Shown in pieces: positions 1 to 8,200 of a DNA stretch of 55,935 nt. The position numbers and the translations under genes are program-made. The notes beneath the pieces were generated by a model that worked only from the letters and a program-made list of their open reading frames with translations, made no database searches and was not told where the DNA came from. This DNA comes from a virus. Taxonomy: Duplodnaviria > Caudoviricetes. How positions within the stretch are numbered: the stretch's first letter is position 1; each line of letters opens with the position of its first letter. The stretch is taken from positions 1-55,935 of the IMG/VR virus record IMGVR_UViG_3300034658_000009; one strand, 5' to 3'.

Positions 1-162
1 AGGGGGGGAGAGACACCGGGACATATCGATGCCCTGACGCAGCTGATTGAGGAGAACCTGCAGGGCTGGCAGGTGCCGCGCAATGAACCCGAAGAACTGG
101 CAGAGAGGGTCAGGCTCGCGGAGGAACAGAGACAGGCCCAGTACCCGGGCCGGGAGCTGTGA
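1..162 (+). CDS. 3' end of an unidentified upstream host gene (partial)
   Basis: Frame 1 is open from the window edge to TGA at 160-162, directly abutting the pxpA ATG. Confidence 0.4.
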   Translation, partial: RGGETPGHIDALTQLIEENLQGWQVPRNEPEELAERVRLAEEQRQAQYPGREL

Positions 163-163
163 G

Positions 164-898
164 ATGAAACTGAACTGTGACTTGGGGGAAAGCTACGGTG
201 CCTGGCGTATGGGCCAGGATGATCAGGTGATGCCCCTTATCGATATGGCCAACGTCGCCTGCGGCTTTCACGCCGGGGACCCTTCGGTCATGCAGAAAAC
301 CGTGGCTCTGGCAGCGAAGCACGGAGTAGAGATCGGCGCCCACCCCTCCTATCACGACCTCGCCGGTTTTGGCCGCCGCTCCATCAGCCACAGCCCCGAG
401 GAAATTCACGCCCTGATCCTCTACCAGCTTGGCGCGCTGGAAGGACTGTGCCGGGCCGAAGGCCTGACGCTGTCTTACGTAAAGCCTCACGGTGCCCTGA
501 ACAACGACATGATGCGGGACATGAGCACCCTGGAAGCCGTTATGGCCGCGGTTAAAAGCTATCAGCAGGACCTGCCGCTGATGCTCCCGGTGACGGTCAA
601 ACACGAACAACACCGGAAACTGGCAGACTATGTCGGCCTTCCCATCCTGCTGGAAGCCTTTGCCGACCGCGCCTACGACGACGAGGGCCAGTTGGTGTCC
701 CGTCGCCTTCCAGGGGCGGTACATCAGTCTGCAGACAAGATCGTCAATCAGGCGGTATCGTTCGCTAAAAACGGTGGAGTCTACAGTTCATCCGGTAACT
801 GGCTGACACTGCCGGCCGACAGCCTGTGCGTACATGGTGACAATGAGGCAGCGCTGAGTGGCATCCGGGCGATTCGCAAAGCACTGGCCACGGATTAA
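164..898 (+). CDS. pxpA: 5-oxoprolinase subunit A (LamB/YcsF family), host gene
   Basis: MKLNCDLGESYG, ANVACGFHAGDP, GAHPSY, YVKPHGAL, EAFADRAY and SLCVHGD motifs; ATG at 164. Confidence 0.93.
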   Translation: MKLNCDLGESYGAWRMGQDDQVMPLIDMANVACGFHAGDPSVMQKTVALAAKHGVEIGAHPSYHDLAGFGRRSISHSPEEIHALILYQLGALEGLCRAEGLTLSYVKPHGALNNDMMRDMSTLEAVMAAVKSYQQDLPLMLPVTVKHEQHRKLADYVGLPILLEAFADRAYDDEGQLVSRRLPGAVHQSADKIVNQAVSFAKNGGVYSSSGNWLTLPADSLCVHGDNEAALSGIRAIRKALATD

Positions 899-956
899 GA
901 TCACTAACGAAACAAATTTGAAAGGATACGGGAAATACCAGGGACGTAAGAGAAAG

Positions 957-1015
957 TGGCGGTGGGCCAGGGATTCGAACCCCGGGAAGGCTACTAACCT
1001 TCGGCGGTTTTCAAG
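957..1015. repeat. att core, left copy (duplicated 3' portion of tRNA-Ser)
   Basis: TGGCGGTGGGCCAGGGATTCGAACCCCGGGAAGGCTACTAACCTTCGGCGGTTTTCAAG is identical to 55525-55583. Confidence 0.96.
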
Positions 1016-1070
1016 TCCGCCAAACGTAGAGCCCGTTTAATATTAAATTTCAATCGCTTATGAATCACGC

Positions 1071-1144
1071 TGTATATTATTTTCGGCCCAGTTTGAGCCT
1101 GTAACGCTTTGTTTTTGTGGTGGGTGGCATCGCAATAATATACA
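1071..1144. promoter_or_regulatory. Probable integrase arm-type sites (AATAATATACA, inverted pair)
   Basis: TGTATATTATT at 1071-1081 and AATAATATACA at 1134-1144; the same motif occurs three times at 55449-55483. Confidence 0.6.
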
Positions 1145-1163
1145 GATTTCAGGCTTAAATCCG

Positions 1164-1291
1164 GGGCTAGGGATTCGAACCCTACACCGTCACCGGACAG
1201 TGGCGGACAACAGCGGAAAATCATCCGCTTAACGATTTTCGATAGGACAATGGCGGACAATATGGGACAGTATTTCAGCCCAAAATTGTCC
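1164..1291. repeat. Degenerate att-like core followed by 10-bp-periodic GGACA repeats
   Basis: 1164-1182 matches 964-982 at 18/19; two triads of 10-mers at 1191-1220 and 1241-1270; inverted TTGTCC at 1286-1291. Confidence 0.7.
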
Positions 1292-1316
1292 CAAGAATTG
1301 AGGTGGTAATTTTCTC

Positions 1317-1583
1317 ATGGCTGCACATGAACAAACTATGCTGATCATTTCAGTGAGAAATAGATTGCAGTACCTGACAGCATACGAATCAAAGGATCAG
1401 CCGCCAATGAGCATGGCTGACGCTGCCTTGGCCATGGTTCGGGAATGCGACTACCCGACGCCAGGCTATGCATTCGCCGTGTTTGATGCAGCCGAGCAAC
1501 TTGGCTATCCGCTGGACCGAAGCACAAAGCTGGCCGCAGCGTTTATTGCGGGCGCAAAGCATATTGCCAGCAGACTGGTGTGA
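1317..1583 (+). CDS. Hypothetical phage protein (att-proximal accessory gene)
   Basis: 88-aa ORF with GAGGTGG RBS. Confidence 0.65.
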   Translation: MAAHEQTMLIISVRNRLQYLTAYESKDQPPMSMADAALAMVRECDYPTPGYAFAVFDAAEQLGYPLDRSTKLAAAFIAGAKHIASRLV

Positions 1584-1610
1584 GTAACATTGCCCCGAGA
1601 GGTGAGCGAT

Positions 1611-1904
1611 ATGATTATAACTGAGTGCGCAAATCAGGTGGCAAAATCCATGATCGCCAAAAAGGAGGCGGTTATCTGGGATGCCATTTGTTCTCGCGTT
1701 GGCGGCGACAGGAGCGTGCAGAATCTGGTTGGCCGTATTGAGTTGGTGACGGTCGCTCACTCCGGAGTCGAAACCTTTTACCTAGACGACAAACCGCTTG
1801 TTGAGTTCTATCCAGCGGAGCCGACGCGCGATTACCACGACTACAGCCATTACGTTGGATTCAATCAGAAGTATCGCATTTATCCTCAAGGAGAAAAGTC
1901 GTGA
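1611..1904 (+). CDS. Hypothetical phage protein
   Basis: GAGGTG RBS before ATG 1611; GTGA overlap with the next gene. Confidence 0.65.
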   Translation: MIITECANQVAKSMIAKKEAVIWDAICSRVGGDRSVQNLVGRIELVTVAHSGVETFYLDDKPLVEFYPAEPTRDYHDYSHYVGFNQKYRIYPQGEKS

Positions 1905-2215
1905 ATGACTGGCTGACAAGCGCCAGGGTTTGGCAGGCTGTCGGGATATCAGCGGTAACCGTTATCGCCCTGCATCTATGGCGAAGGCTATTCCCGAAAG
2001 ATCACCACATGCAGATGGGCTGGATGGATTGGTGCGGATACTACGCTTGTGTCGGCGCCCTATTCCTGTTGGTCGGGAGCCTCGCGGGTTGGCAAAATCT
2101 GACCGGGGCCGGGCTCCTGCTTTTGCTGCCTCTTTACCCGGTTGCCATCCTTGGCATACTGGGCAAGCTGGATGACACCGTTACCGACATCATCCGCGCA
2201 GTCCGCCGGCGTTAA
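1901..2215 (+). CDS. Small membrane protein (about 3 TM), possible superinfection exclusion
   Basis: AGGAG RBS; three hydrophobic segments; convergent with the giant ejection gene. Confidence 0.6.
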   Translation: MNDWLTSARVWQAVGISAVTVIALHLWRRLFPKDHHMQMGWMDWCGYYACVGALFLLVGSLAGWQNLTGAGLLLLLPLYPVAILGILGKLDDTVTDIIRAVRRR

Positions 2216-5200
2216 TCCTCCGATTCGTTGTACCGCTTGTTGAACTGGTCAATGGAGCGCTTCATCTGCTTCTCGACGCGCTGCAACTTCTCATCTTCCT
2301 CCGCTGCCGATAGGTCCATGGCCTCGATGCGGTCGCGCTGCTTGCGCAACATCTTCAGCCTGTCCTCGGTGGATTTCATGACGCCTTGCAGGCGCAGCTT
2401 GTTGCGGTAATCCTTGATGAATTCGATACGCTCGCGACCTTTCAGATTCTCCCGCTCAGATACCAGTTGCTGGATCTCGTTGCGGCGATCATAGAATATC
2501 GATTGATCCTCGTAAGGGAGCACGTTGCCGGTCAACTTGCGGACGAACGGTATTTCCCGATCCTCCATCTCAACACCGGACACCGCCTTGATGACGGCGT
2601 TCGGCGTGCGACTGGTGAAGAAGTCATAGGCGCCACCACCGTAGTACCCAACCAGGAACTGCATAACATCCGGGCTCAGATCCACGGCACCGCTGCGGAA
2701 CTCGCTGCCGCCGGTTGCGTCATTTAATCCCTCTGCCAGCCCCTTGAAGACTTCGGGTGTACTGCGGAAATATAGGGCGCTGTCCGGCTTCTGGGTGCCA
2801 AACGGGAAATTCTCCTTGTAGATCGGGCCGCCCATGAAGTTTTCATTCAGCGATATGCTGGCCACCGGCCGCAGGATAGTCGGCATGATGTTCTTCGCGA
2901 TTACACCATAGGCCTCCTGTGATTCCTCGAAACCAATGGGCGAGAAGCTACCCAGGGCGGCCAGCACCACGCTTCCTGTGATGTCACCTGCAGACTTATC
3001 ACTGAACGCCATGTGTTCCATGGAGGTGCCGATAACCGGGAATATGTTGTACCCGTAAGGCAGCGGGATCGTCCAGTATTCCCCGGGCTCGCCGCCCACC
3101 AGGGATTTCATGATGACAATATTGCGCTCTTTGATGTAGTCGGGCACCTTGTCCCACCAGTTCACCTCGTCGTCATCCTCGCCGGCCACCAGGCGGTTTA
3201 GCATGGACAACGCGAATCCGCCGACAGCCATGCCGACAGCAATCTTTTGTGCCGTGTGCATGCGGCGCCACATCGGATCGCCCTTGACGCCATTCAACCG
3301 CCCCAGGGTGCGCACAAAGTTGGCGGTACCTTGCACGGAGGCATTGGCGAACATGTACAGGGCGTTCATGGTCGTGCCCAGCTCGCCCTTACGATTGAAG
3401 TTCACCGTCATGTTCTTGGCCAGTGATGCGGCCTGAGAGCGAGGAATGCCGGCCTCAATGGCGTTTACGTAGGCAGACAGGCGCACGCCGTTTTCAATGG
3501 CGCTGTTGGTGTTCTCTACCCAGTCCGTGGTGATCTTGAAAGCCCTGCGTAACGTATTCGTTGCGCCACCACCGGCCACGGCAATCATTTTCTCTAAATC
3601 CTTCATCTGGCCATCGATGTCCTTCATGTCGAACCATCCGGTTTTGGCGCCATCGGCACGGAACTGATCGAAATGCGCCTGCCACTGACCAAGCTTGCCG
3701 TCTTTCTTGTTGCCTTTCAGGCTGGCATTGATCGCACGAATGGACGTGGCCACATCCTTGAGCGTCTTGGCGGCAATCTTCTTGCCGCGGGCTTTGCCGT
3801 CCTCGCTGGACTGCTCTGAAGTCAGGTTCAGCAGTGCGGTCTGGATATCCCGCGAGAAGTTTGATATTACGAACTCAGGGTTATAGCTGGTGTTCAGCGA
3901 AGACATAACCCGGGTGACGGCTGCCAGCGAGCGGATCAGCAAGTTGCTGTTGTCCGGCCCGATGTTGCGCATGGCATTCATCAGCCGCTGATCCTCGATC
4001 TTGATGTAGTGCGTTTTGCCATCCACTTTGGTGGTGAAATAGCGGTCGCTCATCATCGCCATCGGAATGGTCTGTTCGCGGACCTCTACCTTCATCTTGC
4101 CGGTGGCAGGATCTTTTACGCGCACAGCCTTGCGCTCCACCTCCGGGTTTTCATCGGTATAGATGCGCCAGTAGTTATCGTTCGGGTAGGCTTGGACCAG
4201 ATTCATGAATGACTGACCAACTTCGTTCTTGCGACGACGCAGGACAGCTTCAGACAGATCGCTGATTGTGTTGGCCAGCGGAGACGCCGCCTTGCTTTTC
4301 CGGCCGGCAGCCATCTGCGATTCCTTGCCGGCAATCGCGAAGCCTTTGCCGGCGCGGGGCATGCCGGGCTGCTGCTCGTCGGCGGCCCAGCCCTTCAGGG
4401 GCACATAGTTCTTGTACGACTCTTCCCAGGCGCCGATGGTGTCGGCATCTTCCAGGCCGGCGCTTTTCAGGATCTTACGGCGCATGGCCAGCATGTCGTG
4501 AACACGTTTCGCCAGGGCTTGGTACTGCTTCAGATTGCCCTCTTTCTCCGCCTTGGCGATGACCGCTGCGGCCTCAGAATCCGTCATGCCCGAACCGCCC
4601 TCCGGGATCTCCGGGTTGCGCTCGGCAATAACGCGGTTTCGCTCGGGAGCATGCAGCGCGTACAGGAATTCGTCCAACTGCTTCAGTGAAACATCGTTCT
4701 CCGACATAGCCTTGGCCAGCGGCTCAACCATGTTTTCCTGAATGAGTCGAATATCGTTCTCCACCTTTCCGTGGAATAGTTCTTCAGCACGATAGGCGTT
4801 GGCGGGATCAGGGATTTCCCCGAACTGATCCTGAATGCTCTTCTGGACACCCTTCAGTACCGTGTGCTTGTCGGCAATCTTGGATATGAGGTAGCGAGTC
4901 AGGGTATTGCTGGGCGGGCCGAATGGCTGGGGGTCAAGATCCGGAATGCCGGGGCCGTTGAATTTTACGTTGGGCGGGAGGTTGTTGTCGCGGCCTGCAT
5001 CGTAACCGTCGCTGTCCTCGCTAACTCGCATCGTCTTCTTTGGTAGCGCTTCCATGACATCCTGTCGGAATGCTCGCGGCTTTTCTGAGGCAAGACTGAA
5101 TCCGTTCGGGGCGATAATGTCCCGAACCACCCCAGCGGACATAAGGTTGATTAGGGACTTGGCCTCTGCCTCGCTATTTACAATCAGGAAGCCGTTGCCG

Positions 5201-8200
5201 CCACTGCCAGACGCTCGGCGCAATCGGCGCACCATCGCAGCCATCTCTTTCTGTCGCTTGCTGATTGCAGTCCGATTCATCATTGATCGGATTGTTTTGC
5301 CGGGGAAGGATGTGACCAGGGCCACTTTGCCTTTCGCGGTTGTGCTCACAAACACGGCGCGATCTGGCTGCTGCAGCGTTTTGGCGATTTTCCCCAGGGT
5401 TTCCGGGCTGGTTATCTTGGTGCCCAAAACGTCGTGCGGCAATTCAGGGTTGCCCCAAAAATCCGTGGAGCCAAGCGTGGCGTCCTGGATGGTTTCAAAG
5501 CCTTCATTCTTCCCGCCAATGACCGAATATTCGTTGGTGTCAATCACGACGTGCTGAACGAAGCCTGGCACTTCCCTGGAAATCTTGTCAGTGAACGCGA
5601 AGTCAGCGGCTGACGGCACGGACTTTCCGCTCGGATGGTTGTGTAGCATGTAATAGCCATCGGCGCTCATGTTGGTCATCGACTTTTTCAGGTCGGAAAT
5701 TGTACCGTCTATATTTTGGAAGGACACGGCGGCAGGCAGGCGTGAGGTAATGGCCTGCTCGGAAATAACCTCGCCGTTGCGAGTTAGAATGAAGCGGAAT
5801 GTTTCAAAGCGGGGGTCACGGTAAACTTGAGCCAGTGCGGCCAAGTCCCGGGGCGAACGAACAGTCTGACCAATCAGTTGATTCGGCTTACCTTCCTTGA
5901 AGTTTTTGTAGATGGCAGCGCCGAGTAGCGAAACTCCGCTTCCGTCAGCTGGTAGTTGCCCTTGGCGGTCCAGCCGAGCGTTGAGTTGTCGGAAAAAATC
6001 TCGTAGCGCAGACCGTCCCGCTCGACGCTGAGCTTGGGTTGTGTCGGGTCGAACTTCAAGGTTGTCATAAGCGTCCACCTGTTCCAGTTGATCCAGGGAT
6101 TCCATGTCTGTAAACAGATCGCCCTGGTTCGGATTCGCCCGGTAAGCGCTGCGGCGACCCTCTACGCCATCTTGCGCCGGTTGTTGACCGCCGTCAACAG
6201 GCTTCGGCTCGCGCAGCATGCTCTCGGAAATCTCAAAGTTTCGACTGCCACCCTGGTTCTCGACAAAGCCAAGCCGACGATAGAACCGCTTCAGCCGGAA
6301 CTTTCTGCCGCCGAAATCCGTAGACGGGGATAGAGCGACAGTCTGCCCGGTGCGGTCTGCATAGTCCAACAGCAACTTCATGGCCTCCGTACCCCTGCCG
6401 TCACCTCGCATACCTTCCGGCACTACAATTTTGTCAACAGTAATTACGCTGTTGCGCTCGCGGATGGAGTGCTGAATACCTGCTCGGGACCAATTGGCGC
6501 GGACGCCTTGGATGGAGTCGTAGTCTGCCTCTTGCTCGCCGACCCTGGAGTATTGCGACCCCGATTCGGATTCTTCGGGCGCGGATTGCTGAGTAGTACC
6601 GGATTCTGCTAGCGGCTTTGTGGTGTCGCCGCCGCGCATCCAGGCCTTGAAATCATCCATGCTCATGCGAGTGGTAGGGCCAACGGTCCAGCCATCCTCA
6701 TAGTTATCGAGGTAGCCCTGCCTGGCATCCGCCTCGTTGGCAAAGCCCAGCATCACTTTGTGTTCATCGAATGTGCCGTCGGCGTTTGGCTGATCGATCA
6801 CGAACACCTGGTCGATTTCTGGGTGTGGCCCAATGAACACGTCCAGGTTGTCACCATCAGCAGCGGTCGTGCCTTTGATGTCGCCGTAGTGGTGGGCCAT
6901 GGTGGACTCCCACCGGTTGCCATCTGGATCGGTGCCGGAACGGGTGGAGCCCTTCGGGTTCTCGATGGCGATATCCAGCCCTTGCACACGAACGCGGCCC
7001 TTGCGGTAATTCCCCGCTTCTTTCTGTCCGTCGGTGGGATTGGTGTCAGTTTCGGTGCCGGCTTGCTCAACCTGGCGACTGGCCGGCGTAGACACGAACA
7101 TATCGTCCTGGCCGGCAGCCATCGCAACATCGGCGGTGCGGTCGGATCCAGTGAGCGCAAATCCGTCTACTTGGCTATCGGCCTCGGTGCGCTGCTGTTC
7201 TTGGCGGCGCTGATCAGACTCGGCCTGCTCGGATTCCTCTCGGGTGCGCGCCTGTTCGGCAAGCTGTTCCTCGGTTTGGGCTTCGAGGTCGAGGGTTGGC
7301 GCTGTTTTGCTTTTATCTGACTTCCCTTGCGACTCTGCGAGGGCGTCGTACAGGGGCTGCAATGCCTCCCGGTATTTGGCGGCGCCCATTGCCTCAAGAA
7401 ACTGAAAAACCTCTGGAAACCTAGACTCAACCAGGCCCGGATTCCTGAAGTATTGATCAAGAAATGCCTGAACAATTTCTTCTTCGTTTGCAAAGTTGGC
7501 TTCGGGCGCCAAGTCGCCAGCCTCTTTGCGCTCCTTCAGGAAGGCTAAGACTTCATCGCGTAAAGCCTTATCCTCTTTCAACCACTTGGACATTTCCCTG
7601 TTGCCAAGCAGCATATCAACCATGTGCCGGGCTTCTTCCAGTGCCTCGATGGGGCCGGCGTCATCTCTAAGATTAATGACTGCGCCATTCTGCCCCGCCT
7701 TGCTCACATATCCGCCGCTAGTCGGGCGCTGAGCCATTTCTTCGGCGGTCAAAAACTCAATCCTCAAAACCCCGTTAAGCTGAGGGTTTAGGTCATTGAG
7801 GTTGTCGATTACTTGCTGTGCCGCGCTTTGCTCTGCAGTTACTTCTTCTTGCTGTCCGCTCTCCGGTTGTCCGCCTTGATCTTCTCCAGCGGCGTCTTGC
7901 TCAGGTACTGGTTCACTGTCTCGCGGCTCTTGCCTTGTTTCAGTAGTCGCTCGGCGGCCCTGTGTCTGGCCACGTTCTCCGCTGACTTCTGCATCTGCTC
8001 CCTGTTCATAGCTCATCAACTCCTGCTTCAGTTCGGTGACCACCTTGGAGCGGTTTTCACCATCATACACCCGACGAGCGGCACGGTTCACCATCTCGTT
8101 CAACGCTGGTGTCGTGGTCACCCGGCCGATAAGGTCCAGACTCCGGGCGCTCTGCTTTGTAATGGTGTCGTTGGCTTCGGTGGCAATCTGGTTGCCAACC

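Noticed and set aside
957-1020. Possible second tRNA gene at the left end
   Set aside because: Only the 3' portion is present (no D arm or 5' acceptor strand); it is the att duplication
858-1040. ORFs 858-1040 and 55519-55728 sharing KWRWARDSNP
   Set aside because: Translation of the tRNA/att reverse complement, not real genes
1191-1270. CRISPR-like array (also considered for 41172-41275)
   Set aside because: Repeats are 10-21 bp without unique spacers and there are no cas genes; they fit protein-binding sites or iterons
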